The notes beneath the pieces were generated by a model, which searched no databases, had not been told where the DNA came from, and saw only the letters and a program-made list of their open reading frames with translations. 52,688 bases of DNA from a virus (taxonomy: Duplodnaviria; Caudoviricetes), in the IMG/VR virus record IMGVR_UViG_3300034123_000003, positions 1 to 52,688 of that record; one strand, written 5' to 3'. Below are positions 17,835 through 26,903 of this stretch, in pieces. The translations under genes and the position numbers were made by a program. Positions within the stretch are counted from its first letter, which is position 1, and every line of letters begins with the position of its first letter.

Positions 17835-20066
17835 ATGAAGAGAGCACTGTTTATCCTCGCATTGCTGTGTCCGGTTGCCTTTAGCCAGCAAGGTCCGTTG
17901 CAGGGAACTTCGACGCTGGGCGGAATCTCTGCCACCACTCAAGGGGCTCAGTCGAGCAACAAGCTCATGGGCGTGATTCCGGCTGCGAAGATCAGCATCT
18001 ATCTAACCGGCACGACCACGCTGGCGACTCTGACCACCGACGGTACTACCTCTCTATCCAATCCCTTCTACTCCAATTCTTTGAGTGCGTCTAACCCCGG
18101 TGGGTGGATCGCTTATGCGGCTACTGGTTACGGGTACGACGTTGTGGCCAGCAGTGGACAAGGTGCGCAAAACTGCACGACTTCCCCGCTGTGTTATACG
18201 GCTCCAGTGACTCTTTGCAAAGATTGCTTCCCGTCTCAGGCAGGGGGCGGAAGCGGTGGCGGCGTCTCGCAGATCGTTGCAGGGTCCAACATTAGCATTT
18301 CTCCGAGCGAGGGAACAGGTGTGGTAACGATTAATTCCACGGGAGGTCGATGCGCCCCAAGCGGATCATTTGGCCCAATCCTCGTAGACAACGGAGACGG
18401 AACCTGCATTTCTTCGGATGCTGTGTGGGACCGAGATGGAGCGACTTACAACTTTGGACAATCATCCTATTACGACGATAATACGTTCAGTTGCGATGGA
18501 GACACGTGCACCATTACTACCATTTATCCATTGAATGACTCAATCGGCGGAGGAATCTTAATAGCGTCAGGATGGAGGAACTCACCTGAAGAAGGTTGTT
18601 TCACCAACTCGGGATACGTCTCAGTTTTATCTCACACGACCAATCAAATAGTAATCAATGAGGGGTGGACATCGTGCACCGGATCACTATCAGGAACCGG
18701 AGGAATATTACTTATAGATATTGAACAAATAACAGCTTCAGGAATTAGTATCGGAGGTTCTTTCGACTCACAGGAGAACACTGCATACGCGGGATATTTC
18801 AGTCTACATGGAACTAGTTTTTATTCCGATATAAAAGAAGATCCACAAGGAAGTGAAACTGTTATCGAACAAAATTCAGACGGGATTGATATACTGTCAC
18901 ATAATCAAAGTCTTGCCGACACGGGAATTACGATTGGTGCGTCACCTAGCGGAGGAGTTCAAGGTCATGTAGATATAAAGACCCCTCTCGGAATAGACAT
19001 ATCTGCGGGTGATGCCGGTTTGTATCTGTATCCTGATGCACAATCTACACTGAATGTTCCAGGAGGACTCAATATAACCGGTGCTAACGGTACGCAAATA
19101 GCCAACATGCCATCCACGGGCGGATTGACCTTACCGGACTGGGATGTGCCAGCACGTTATTTTCAATATCAAGGATCGGAGCTAAAGGTCTTCGGAGGCC
19201 CCACCCCGGAAACGGTTTTTCATGTTATCGCTAACGGGGCGCGTACTGCTGTTTTGGTGCCTATCATCAAAGCACCCACCTATAAGCATTACGGATTGCA
19301 AATTGACGATCAGGGAGAAATAACCAACACGTCCAATATCGTCACCAATCGATATAACGAGACGAATTTTTCTGACGCTCCTAACGGTACTACGTTCGAC
19401 TCTGGTCAGATTCTCCTTCCACCATCTTATTGGGTAGGTTCCAACGGAAAGAGATACGCAATCTACCCTGTTTATCAATCTGGAACCACCGGAATTTTGG
19501 ACGGCGGAGCAGATATGTGTACCGGGGTTGCTGGACAGAATTGGATCACCTGCCCTCATCCCATTGGACTCAATGAGAGAGGAGGGCAATATGTCCAGAT
19601 AGGATCAGAAGTTAAGCTGGTGTCCTATATTAATGTAGGATCTGAACCGGGTTCTACAGTGTTAGTGTCTTTTGTGTATTTAACCACTGATTTGTCTTCA
19701 AGTTATTCAACCCCTACACTGCTTTCTTTCTCCGCTCCCGTGCTAGGACCAGAGATTCAGATGCCAACCAAGAGCGCATCAGCACCCACCACGCTGGCAT
19801 GGTCACAAGGAGATATGGAGCAGAACTCTGGGGCGACCGCTAACGGTGTTGCCGCGTGGGTGAACACGGGGTCGGGCACGCCGGGAACATGGGCAGGTAT
19901 CCCTCTGGGTGATACTAACGGTAAGATTGCTGACACTCAACTGCTAACATCTCATCCTTTGATTAGCGGTACGCCAACCGTAGGAGCAGGCGTGTGCTGG
20001 AAGACTACAACAACGCTCGGAACATGCACGGCGGGAACATGGCCAAATTGTACTACATGCAATTAA
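17835..20066 (+). CDS. Tail fibre/spike-like protein with N-terminal signal peptide
   Basis: MKRALFILALLCPVAFS|QQ; GVSQIVAGSNISISP..GTGVVTINS fibre motif; G/T/S-rich and Cys-rich. Confidence 0.55.
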   Translation: MKRALFILALLCPVAFSQQGPLQGTSTLGGISATTQGAQSSNKLMGVIPAAKISIYLTGTTTLATLTTDGTTSLSNPFYSNSLSASNPGGWIAYAATGYGYDVVASSGQGAQNCTTSPLCYTAPVTLCKDCFPSQAGGGSGGGVSQIVAGSNISISPSEGTGVVTINSTGGRCAPSGSFGPILVDNGDGTCISSDAVWDRDGATYNFGQSSYYDDNTFSCDGDTCTITTIYPLNDSIGGGILIASGWRNSPEEGCFTNSGYVSVLSHTTNQIVINEGWTSCTGSLSGTGGILLIDIEQITASGISIGGSFDSQENTAYAGYFSLHGTSFYSDIKEDPQGSETVIEQNSDGIDILSHNQSLADTGITIGASPSGGVQGHVDIKTPLGIDISAGDAGLYLYPDAQSTLNVPGGLNITGANGTQIANMPSTGGLTLPDWDVPARYFQYQGSELKVFGGPTPETVFHVIANGARTAVLVPIIKAPTYKHYGLQIDDQGEITNTSNIVTNRYNETNFSDAPNGTTFDSGQILLPPSYWVGSNGKRYAIYPVYQSGTTGILDGGADMCTGVAGQNWITCPHPIGLNERGGQYVQIGSEVKLVSYINVGSEPGSTVLVSFVYLTTDLSSSYSTPTLLSFSAPVLGPEIQMPTKSASAPTTLAWSQGDMEQNSGATANGVAAWVNTGSGTPGTWAGIPLGDTNGKIADTQLLTSHPLISGTPTVGAGVCWKTTTTLGTCTAGTWPNCTTCN

Positions 20067-20084
20067 GAGAGTGCGGGAGAGGCG

Positions 20085-20424
20085 AATGGGCGCACAACAA
20101 TTTGTAGCACCAGTTGAGTGTGAACTGCGTATGAAGGCCGTCATGAAGATACTCGAAGGAAACGGCGAGCCTGGACTCGTGGCAGACGTGCGGACGATTC
20201 GTGAGGATATGGCCGCTGCGCGTGGGGCTGCTGATGCCCGCCACAAGTACACAATGATTCTTTTAGCCTGCTTGACCATAGCTGTCGCTCTTATGGCGAT
20301 CCCCGGCATAGCGTATTCGTTTCATGTGGGAGACTTGAAAGTTCCTTCAATCTTCCAATCCAAACAATCGGACAAGGTCTATACTGTTCGTATGGAGAAA
20401 TCACCGCAACTCGCAAAGGAGTGA
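20085..20424 (+). CDS. Single-TM membrane protein (holin/antiholin-like)
   Basis: RBS gagg; hydrophobic ILLACLTIAVALMAIPGIAY; start of lysis region. Confidence 0.5.
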
Positions 20425-20427
20425 TCC

Positions 20428-20604
20428 ATGGCTGTAAAAGACCCAAGACCAATCGGCCAGAAACCGGTTGAACCCCCCGTCAATTGCTACACCGCAAACC
20501 TCTTGCCGGAGCGCGAGAACCTGCTCAACTATTTCCAGACGGTCAAGTTGAGCGACGTGAAGAACATCAAAGTCACGTTCGAGAAGAACACCGAAGAGGC
20601 GTAA
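20428..20604 (+). CDS. Small hypothetical protein, 58 aa (MAVKDPRP...TEEA), absent from the ORF track
   Basis: RBS aaggag; fills the gap between neighbours. Confidence 0.6.
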   Translation: MAVKDPRPIGQKPVEPPVNCYTANLLPERENLLNYFQTVKLSDVKNIKVTFEKNTEEA

Positions 20605-20605
20605 C

Positions 20606-21412
20606 ATGGGACTCATCAAGTGGGCAAAGGAGAAGATCGCAATGAACATCATCGCATCGCTCATCGAGCGTGTTTTCAAGAACTACATTACCACCGCGCT
20701 GGGCATCCTGCTGGGCTTTGCGGGCGTGGTGGCTGCTGTGTACAACCTGATCCCCACAACGCTTGTGTGGCACGGCTACAACGTTGCCAATACGCTGCTC
20801 TCGGCGGCTGGCGTTGCGGTCGCACTGGCCGGAGCCATCGCCAAGGACAAGCACATCGGGATCAACTCGCCGACGCTTCCTACTAAGGTGGGCATGATCT
20901 TGTTCATGATCCTCGCTTGGATGGCCGCTCCGGGTGCCGTCCAGGCACAGACCACAAGCACATCAAACGGATTTACGGCCTCATCGGAAGCTGTCGCCGT
21001 GCGCTACGCGGGTGAGTGGTCTGTCGGCACGCATGTAACGGAGAGCTACGACTTCGCCGATTTTGGCAAGTCCAAGTTGAATCGGCTCTACCTGCAAGGC
21101 CATGAACTCTTGGCTCCTACTCCAGGGCTGTCAATCTACGCGGGTGGGCTTCAGTTCGAGCCGGACCTCACTGCGCTGCTCAAGAAGACCAATGTCCCGG
21201 CCGGCAACTTCGGCGTCTACTTTAACGGAGCGGTCGGCAACGGCGTCCCGTCGAGCGGCGGATCGCACATCTCATTCATGGCCGGTGGCGGTGTCAAGTA
21301 CGCGCTCACTTCGGCGCTTACATGGCAGAGTCTCAATGCGCAATACTTCCGCTATGGATCTAACAACGGCGCGGCAATCTCGACCGGCCTTAGTTTCATC
21401 TTTGGGAAGTAA
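20606..21412 (+). CDS. Holin-like membrane domain fused via a signal-peptide-like segment to a putative outer-membrane beta-barrel
   Basis: KNYITTALG..TM..TM..AKD; then MILFMILAWMAAPGAVQA|Q; amphipathic beta strands ending ISTGLSFIFGK. Confidence 0.6.
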   Translation: MGLIKWAKEKIAMNIIASLIERVFKNYITTALGILLGFAGVVAAVYNLIPTTLVWHGYNVANTLLSAAGVAVALAGAIAKDKHIGINSPTLPTKVGMILFMILAWMAAPGAVQAQTTSTSNGFTASSEAVAVRYAGEWSVGTHVTESYDFADFGKSKLNRLYLQGHELLAPTPGLSIYAGGLQFEPDLTALLKKTNVPAGNFGVYFNGAVGNGVPSSGGSHISFMAGGGVKYALTSALTWQSLNAQYFRYGSNNGAAISTGLSFIFGK

Positions 21413-21421
21413 ACGACTTTG

Positions 21422-21530
21422 TGCGGAAACTACGATTAACCCTGCCGAAAGGTAAGGCGAAAGCCAGATCGCAGGCCGTAACAAATGGGGAACCGCGCAA
21501 ACTAGCTTCCCGCCTCAAGAGCGGGATGAA
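21422..21530 (+). ncRNA. Candidate structured RNA of unknown family
   Basis: Two adjacent GAAA-tetraloop hairpins closed by cgat/atcg, plus a tcccgc/gcggga hairpin. Confidence 0.35.
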
Positions 21531-21543
21531 CCAAAGCAACTTG

Positions 21544-21575
21544 GGGCCGTCCTGGCAAAGAGCGGCCCATTTTTT
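21544..21575 (+). terminator. Intrinsic terminator upstream of the endolysin
   Basis: gggccg...cggccc stem followed by atttttt. Confidence 0.65.
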
Positions 21576-21586
21576 GCGAGGCAACT

Positions 21587-21664
21587 ATGACATGGTGGCA
21601 GCGAATACTCTCTCCCATTTGCGCAGTGGTAGCCAAGATTCTTGGGGTTGATAAGGCAACGTAG
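21587..21664 (+). CDS. 25-aa peptide MTWWQRILSPICAVVAKILGVDKAT
   Basis: RBS gagg; stop overlaps the endolysin RBS. Confidence 0.4.
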   Translation: MTWWQRILSPICAVVAKILGVDKAT

Positions 21665-21672
21665 AGGCGATC

Positions 21673-22107
21673 ATGAATCTCACAGAACACTTCACGCTCG
21701 AAGAACTTACATTCAGCAGCACGGCAGTGCGCCTAGGAATTGACAACACCTCTCCGGAAGAGATTATCCCCGCGCTTCAGCACCTGTCTCTTGGTCTTGA
21801 GCTTGTCCGTTCCATCCTCGGCCACCCAATTCACATTGACAGCGGGTACAGGTGCCAGGCGCTCAACAAATCGGTTGGCGGGGTGCCTACGTCCGCGCAT
21901 CGTACCGGATATGCCGCTGACTTCGTTTGTCCTGCGTTCGGCACCCCACTGGAGATCGTCAGGAAGATCGAGGCCAGTTCGATCCAGTTCGATCAGCTAA
22001 TCCAGGAAGGAAACTGGGTGCATATCAGCTTTGATCCACGAATGCGCCGACAGGTGATGACCGCGCATTTCAAGGACGGCAAGGCAAGCTACACGCAGGG
22101 AGCGTAG
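21673..22107 (+). CDS. Endolysin, peptidase M15A family
   Basis: LTEHFTLEE, IDSGYRCQALNKSVGG..SAH..GYAAD, FDQLIQE..WVHISF. Confidence 0.92.
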   Translation: MNLTEHFTLEELTFSSTAVRLGIDNTSPEEIIPALQHLSLGLELVRSILGHPIHIDSGYRCQALNKSVGGVPTSAHRTGYAADFVCPAFGTPLEIVRKIEASSIQFDQLIQEGNWVHISFDPRMRRQVMTAHFKDGKASYTQGA

Positions 22108-22119
22108 GAGGGGCCGGTC

Positions 22120-22320
22120 ATGTCAAAACGCACACGATGGACGCCTGAAAACCTTCGACTGCACCTGACCGCCTTGATCGATCGCGACAATCAGGCCCAC
22201 CGGGAAGCGGTTCGGATCGCTCTTGAGGCTGTCAAGGATCGCCAGAACCTGATGATTACGCTCTGCTTCCTTGGAGCCGCGCTGGTATCACTAGCCGTGA
22301 ACCTGTTCTCTCGGCACTAG
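22120..22320 (+). CDS. Small membrane protein (lysis accessory?)
   Basis: RBS ggagg; C-terminal TM segment. Confidence 0.55.
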   Translation: MSKRTRWTPENLRLHLTALIDRDNQAHREAVRIALEAVKDRQNLMITLCFLGAALVSLAVNLFSRH

Positions 22321-22337
22321 AAATCCCGCTCTATTTC

Positions 22338-22616
22338 TCACTGCTCTGAACTGCGATGATTCCCGCTCACTCGCCCCGCAACCCGACGCGCACCGATCAC
22401 GACGGAAACGTGCTTCGATTCGCGCTCCTCGCCGTGAATCTGGCATCCTGCTCCCATCGGTGACACGCACTCGTAGTCTATGCCGTCAATCCGCATTGTG
22501 CGCGGGCATGAACACACTGGCTTATGCTTGGACTCTTCCCGTACTCGCGCACGCTCACGAGCGGCATCGTTCGCCTCGATCCGGCGCTCGACTGTCTGAC
22601 GGTAGGTGTATCTCAT
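22338..22616 (-). CDS. Hypothetical protein
   Basis: ATGA-coupled to rusA. Confidence 0.55.
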   Translation of the reverse strand: MRYTYRQTVERRIEANDAARERARVREESKHKPVCSCPRTMRIDGIDYECVSPMGAGCQIHGEERESKHVSVVIGARRVAGRVSGNHRSSEQ

Positions 22617-23032
22617 AGAAGCACCTCGACTTCAATCTCTGCGCGTTCCAAAACGTTGTACCTTTTGTGACCGCGCCATGAAACCACCTGCGCGTCATCG
22701 ACGTACAGAACTCCTTTCAGGGCGTCTCCTACTGCCCGCAGTAGCTTGTCTGTATCCGGCTTAACGGTCGGATAGACTCGCAGCATCGGGGCGCTTTTGG
22801 GACGCGCAAGGAAGAACCGGCAAGTTATCGTCAAAGCCACTCCTTTCGCAAACGGTTCGTATAATCCAGCGTTAGTACGAGCAGATAGAGCCGTCCATCC
22901 GATTTGTTGACGCCAAGGCTTCATCTTCGGGTTGTCGCTGGTCATGTTCGCGTGACCTGCCTTGTCAATGAACGCTCTCATGCTTCCCTGCGGTCGCGGT
23001 GTCCCAAGTACGGTGAATACAATCTTGCTCAC
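22613..23032 (-). CDS. rusA: RusA-family Holliday junction resolvase
   Basis: GTPRPQGS, KPDTDKLLRAVGDAL.G..YVDDAQVV. Confidence 0.9.
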   Translation of the reverse strand: MSKIVFTVLGTPRPQGSMRAFIDKAGHANMTSDNPKMKPWRQQIGWTALSARTNAGLYEPFAKGVALTITCRFFLARPKSAPMLRVYPTVKPDTDKLLRAVGDALKGVLYVDDAQVVSWRGHKRYNVLERAEIEVEVLL

Positions 23033-23114
23033 TTACGTCTCCAATCGATGTACTGCGCCAGCGAGAAGCCCACCAGAGCGATTGCTATCAATCCAAGGGC
23101 GTAATGGTCCGGGG

Positions 23115-23300
23115 TCACTTGTCGCCCTCAAGGTGTTCTTCGCGCTGGAAAAGTATCGTTCCTGAATACGTGTCTTGCTTGCACACCCGGCAGTATGGAC
23201 GAACACACATATATGCACGTTCCAAGAACAGCGATGATCCAATATACTTCCACTTGTGCCATCCGATGCGACAAAGCAATTTACCTAAAATCTCTCTCAC
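23115..23300 (-). CDS. Small hypothetical protein (LLCRIGWHKW..CxxC)
   Basis: RBS aggag; common small phage Cys/His motif. Confidence 0.55.
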   Translation of the reverse strand: MREILGKLLCRIGWHKWKYIGSSLFLERAYMCVRPYCRVCKQDTYSGTILFQREEHLEGDK

Positions 23301-23315
23301 GTCTCCTCCTTGTGA

Positions 23316-23522
23316 TTACTGTTCTGACTGCTTGAGAGTGGCATCGATCTGTGCAATATCGGACACCAGATCGGCAGGAGAATGGGTAACCACATAACGG
23401 CTGGCTATCGCATTCATCAGTATCTGATTCCGAACAAGCAGTTCGCTGTACGATGGGCCAATTTCTCCGTCCACCGTTCCTAAACCGACAGGCTCCCCGC
23501 ACTCTTTACAGATGTGTGCCAT
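23316..23522 (-). CDS. Small hypothetical protein (MAHICKECG...)
   Basis: Likely start at internal ATG, following the upstream gene. Confidence 0.45.
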   Translation of the reverse strand: MAHICKECGEPVGLGTVDGEIGPSYSELLVRNQILMNAIASRYVVTHSPADLVSDIAQIDATLKQSEQ

Positions 23523-23871
23523 CAGTGGCCCCCAGCGCGGCGCGGAGTCCTGCCAACACTTCCTCGTCAGTAGCAATTCTTCCGTCGATCTTGTAGACAG
23601 AGAAGTATCCGCCCGCCCCCGCCTCCACCTTCACGCGCTCCTCCGGCGTCTTGCTCGGCGCAGCGAGACGATCAAGACGAGCACAAACTGAAATAGCTAC
23701 AGCATTCGAATCTTTATAACTTAGCAAGTATCCGTCCTCTTCGAGAATCGCCTTCTCCACAGCGTCTGTCGTGTGCATTCTTGCGGTTGCTACCTTGTAG
23801 ACGTTCTTCATGCGATCACGGCACGTATGGCATACGCATCCCTCACCAGCCACAAGCATCCTCTCAATCAC
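23506..23871 (-). CDS. Hypothetical protein
   Basis: ORF in the co-oriented small-gene array. Confidence 0.55.
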   Translation of the reverse strand: MIERMLVAGEGCVCHTCRDRMKNVYKVATARMHTTDAVEKAILEEDGYLLSYKDSNAVAISVCARLDRLAAPSKTPEERVKVEAGAGGYFSVYKIDGRIATDEEVLAGLRAALGATDGTHL

Positions 23872-23895
23872 ATCCCCGATCGGCGCAGGACTCGG

Positions 23896-24180
23896 CTATG
23901 CTGGCTGCGCGGTGCGGCGGGAGAGCACGGCCTCAAGAGCCTTGATTGCTTCATCCAGTGCGCTGGTAGGGCTGATATTTACCTTGTCTCTGTACTGCCT
24001 GAAAATATCTGCAACCTTGAACCTTTGCTCATCCGTTAGCGCGGCAGGATGGACGGGCTGCGGAAGAGAATGAAGAACAGCCTCCACAGCCACCAACATG
24101 CGCTGAGTTTTATTCAACGTTGGCTCAGCCATTTTGAATGCATCTATGGCAACGTCCACCAAATCATCTGTCAGTTCCAT
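23896..24180 (-). CDS. Hypothetical protein
   Basis: Start MELTDD with aggag RBS. Confidence 0.6.
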   Translation of the reverse strand: MELTDDLVDVAIDAFKMAEPTLNKTQRMLVAVEAVLHSLPQPVHPAALTDEQRFKVADIFRQYRDKVNISPTSALDEAIKALEAVLSRRTAQPA

Positions 24181-24188
24181 CGTTACTC

Positions 24189-24389
24189 CTAGCTCAACTT
24201 CCAATCCGGTCGAAACTCGGTGCAGCCACACTCAGGACACGTATGCGCCCCTGCAATGCGCGTTCCTTTAGGAACGGTAATGGTTCCTTTGTGACCGCAG
24301 TTGTCGCACGATGCTTTGACAGAGTACCGATCTGACATCCTGAGCGAATGCTCTGCCTTTGAGTAGCTTGGCGAATCTGTTATTTCCAT
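24189..24389 (-). CDS. Small Zn-ribbon protein
   Basis: CDNCG and CPECG; ggagg RBS before MEITD. Confidence 0.55.
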   Translation of the reverse strand: MEITDSPSYSKAEHSLRMSDRYSVKASCDNCGHKGTITVPKGTRIAGAHTCPECGCTEFRPDWKLS

Positions 24390-24519
24390 CGTTCCTCCTG
24401 TTGCTTCAGTTCCTGTTTCATCGCCCAACAAGCTCGCTGTTCATGCTGCTCTTGAGTTGCGTTAAAGTGGAAGAATCCCCACCAGAATGCTCTCCACTGC
24501 CAATAGCGCCTAGTCCAGG

Positions 24520-24933
24520 TCACGGCTTTACCTCGCTGTCCTGCGCTGGTGGGGAGGCGATGAACCAGCCAACTTGATACATGTGCTCCCAGTCGAAAAG
24601 AACAATAGCCACATCTCCATTTATTCCAAGAAAGATTTGACCTTTACTGGGAAGATTCTCAGGCGTGATCGGCGTCCACTGCGCCACTCTACGCGCCTCC
24701 ACAATTTCATCCTTGTACGGGCAATCATCGCCATGATCGTCGCGCCAAAGGTCGCGATCCTTAGTCATCTCCGCAAGCTTCTCGTTCGCATCCGCCAATT
24801 TAAATTCAATAGCAGAAATGCACCCCTCAGCCTTGGCCGCGTCAAACTCTCCCAGTCTTGCACACACAGTTCTCAGCCTCGCGAAGACTTCGGGAATGGT
24901 AAAGTTTCTGCGCGTAACTTCCATGCTACTCAC
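24520..24933 (-). CDS. Hypothetical protein
   Basis: Coupled ORF in array. Confidence 0.55.
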   Translation of the reverse strand: MSSMEVTRRNFTIPEVFARLRTVCARLGEFDAAKAEGCISAIEFKLADANEKLAEMTKDRDLWRDDHGDDCPYKDEIVEARRVAQWTPITPENLPSKGQIFLGINGDVAIVLFDWEHMYQVGWFIASPPAQDSEVKP

Positions 24934-25519
24934 CCCCTGCGCGTGCTGCGATGAAACGTTCTACTGTCAAACCAAAGTCCCCCTCGCAAGTTGATTCGTC
25001 TGCGAAATTGTCGTTGTCAAGATAATAGTCGTGCATACGTTTTCCATCTTCATAGCTCACCGGCGCACTCAGCCGCTCCACCTGTGCCTTGAGAGATGCG
25101 TTCTCGTCCTTCAGCTCTTTTACAGCCTCTATAAAATCAACATTGACAGGCTGTCCGAGAGCACACCATAGACGCCCTTGGTAGTCGTCTTGCTGTTCTT
25201 TCAGGGCGTCTCGCTCAGCCTTGAGCTCATCCCGTTGCAGTAATAGGTTGCGCCCATTATCGCGCTCGATCTCAAGCGTGTTGGCAAGCTGGGAGTTCTC
25301 GGCCATAAGTTCCCGCGCTTGTTGAGCGTAGTCTCTGCGGTCTTCCGCGCCGAACACTTCCCAAAGTTCATCTGTGAGTGAAACGTAGGATTCACTCGCC
25401 TTATCTCGCTCGGACTCCACGCGTCCTATGCGCTCGATGAGTGCACGCACGGTAGAGTGAGAATAACGGGATAAGTATGTGCCGCCGTACATCGTCTTCA
25501 GGTCTTCCGGTAAGCTCAT
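24926..25519 (-). CDS. Coiled-coil hypothetical protein
   Basis: Start MSLPED with ggagg RBS; heptad-like E/K/L pattern. Confidence 0.6.
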   Translation of the reverse strand: MSLPEDLKTMYGGTYLSRYSHSTVRALIERIGRVESERDKASESYVSLTDELWEVFGAEDRRDYAQQARELMAENSQLANTLEIERDNGRNLLLQRDELKAERDALKEQQDDYQGRLWCALGQPVNVDFIEAVKELKDENASLKAQVERLSAPVSYEDGKRMHDYYLDNDNFADESTCEGDFGLTVERFIAARAGGE

Positions 25520-25752
25520 TTTCCCTCCAGAAAGGTGCGTGCCGCATCGCACTCAGGGCATCTGGTAGGAATAGCAGGATCATCGCCCGTGGTTACATGG
25601 TCAAGCAGTGCCTTCACTACTTTCCGCGCCCGATGCATCTCCACAAAATGATCCGCGAATGCAACATAAGCGCCTCGTTTATCACAGATCATACCGTTAT
25701 GAGTTGCTTCATTCCTCTCAGCTAGAGCCAATCGCCATCTCTGAATCTCCAT
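25516..25752 (-). CDS. Hypothetical protein
   Basis: Start MEIQRW with ggagg RBS. Confidence 0.55.
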   Translation of the reverse strand: MEIQRWRLALAERNEATHNGMICDKRGAYVAFADHFVEMHRARKVVKALLDHVTTGDDPAIPTRCPECDAARTFLEGK

Positions 25753-25760
25753 ATCGCCTC

Positions 25761-25880
25761 CTACTTCCCTTTTGCCTTCTTGCGCTTGTTCCTCTGGCGG
25801 CACGCATTGGAGCAGAACTTCTGCCAAGTCGTGTTCGAGTCGAATGTCTTACCACAGGGCTTACACTTCTTCTTCGCCAT
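25761..25880 (-). CDS. 39-aa basic Zn-finger protein MAKKKCKPCGKTF..KFCSNACR, absent from the ORF track
   Basis: CxxC..FCSxxC motif; preceded by a promoter. Confidence 0.7.
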   Translation of the reverse strand: MAKKKCKPCGKTFDSNTTWQKFCSNACRQRNKRKKAKGK

Positions 25881-25887
25881 ACTCACC

Positions 25888-25916
25888 ACCATAACGCATT
25901 TCGTGTCTCAATGCAA
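25888..25916 (-). promoter_or_regulatory. Sigma70-like leaderless promoter
   Basis: TTGCAT-N17-TATGGT-7nt-ATG(25880). Confidence 0.6.
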
Positions 25917-25923
25917 GTATTTG

Positions 25924-26253
25924 TTAGGAACAGTTTCTAATTCTAACATCGAGAGGAATCTTCAAATACTGATCCAGGCTCATTGATCCCTTCGCCACGT
26001 TTCCGTTTCGATGAGAGATTCCAAGGTTCTCTTGACGGTCGTCGTGCTTTCCTCCTCCAGAACCCTTTGCTGTCTTGTGCTCCAATGTGGCGTCGTAGCG
26101 TCTTACGGTCTGTTCACATAGGCAACATACGCCTTTAGACTCTCGCCATGCCACCTCCCAACGAATCTCTAGGATCACACGTCCGGCGGGAGTTTTCTGG
26201 ATAACCTCTCTTCCATCGGAATATATCCAGACTCCTGGTTGCTTGTCGATCAT
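25924..26253 (-). CDS. HNH endonuclease (small)
   Basis: CCLCE..ATLEH..GSGGGKHDD..NL..H..GN. Confidence 0.75.
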   Translation of the reverse strand: MIDKQPGVWIYSDGREVIQKTPAGRVILEIRWEVAWRESKGVCCLCEQTVRRYDATLEHKTAKGSGGGKHDDRQENLGISHRNGNVAKGSMSLDQYLKIPLDVRIRNCS

Positions 26254-26903
26254 GCGGCACCTTCCCGCTTGTGCTCGTATAGAGAAGCGTGGTCCTGAAT
26301 GTAACTGACATAGATCGCTTTTTCAGCCTCAGACTCGGTTGAGCACTCTTCGCAAACCATCGCCATCTCGATTGCAGCTTTGCGTTCTTCGAGGTCTGGA
26401 ATTGTTGCCATTGCAATCGGCTGCTTCACTTCTAGGTGCTGGCCGCGCCGGTTCATCTCTTCGACGAACGCCTTCTCCGGCATCGATTTTGCAGCTTGAA
26501 CTACTTCGGGAAGGATGCGGACTGAGGATGAGACTTTCTTCAACTGCTCAAGGTTGCAGCGTTTCATGTGGACTAGATCGGAATAAGGAACGTCTTTCAG
26601 TTCCTTGCGTACCCGGAGAGCGTCGCGGCAGTATCCCCATGAGCGCGGCAGCGTGTCTTTGAGCCACTTGTCGAATGACATATAGAAGTCGCCCACCTCT
26701 TCGTCGAGAACGAACCGGAACAGGTTGCGCTCCTCGACCAACAGCATCGCCTCACCGCGTACTGCGAAGGCTTGCTCCTCAATGCTGTCCAGAGCCTTCA
26801 GGATTTGCCCTAGACGGGCCGATGCGGGTTCGGGTGCCATTAAGCGTAACGCCAGCCAATCGGGCGTATGGATGGTTTGATGCGATATTGCACTAGAGTT
26901 CAT
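26250..26903 (-). CDS. Hypothetical protein
   Basis: ATGA-coupled to both neighbours. Confidence 0.6.
   Translation of the reverse strand: MNSSAISHQTIHTPDWLALRLMAPEPASARLGQILKALDSIEEQAFAVRGEAMLLVEERNLFRFVLDEEVGDFYMSFDKWLKDTLPRSWGYCRDALRVRKELKDVPYSDLVHMKRCNLEQLKKVSSSVRILPEVVQAAKSMPEKAFVEEMNRRGQHLEVKQPIAMATIPDLEERKAAIEMAMVCEECSTESEAEKAIYVSYIQDHASLYEHKREGAA

Noticed and set aside
21430-21480. c-di-GMP-I riboswitch
   Set aside because: Superficial GAAA-hairpin resemblance only; the GCAAAC/GCAAAG elements and tetraloop-receptor stem are not evident, so it is left unassigned
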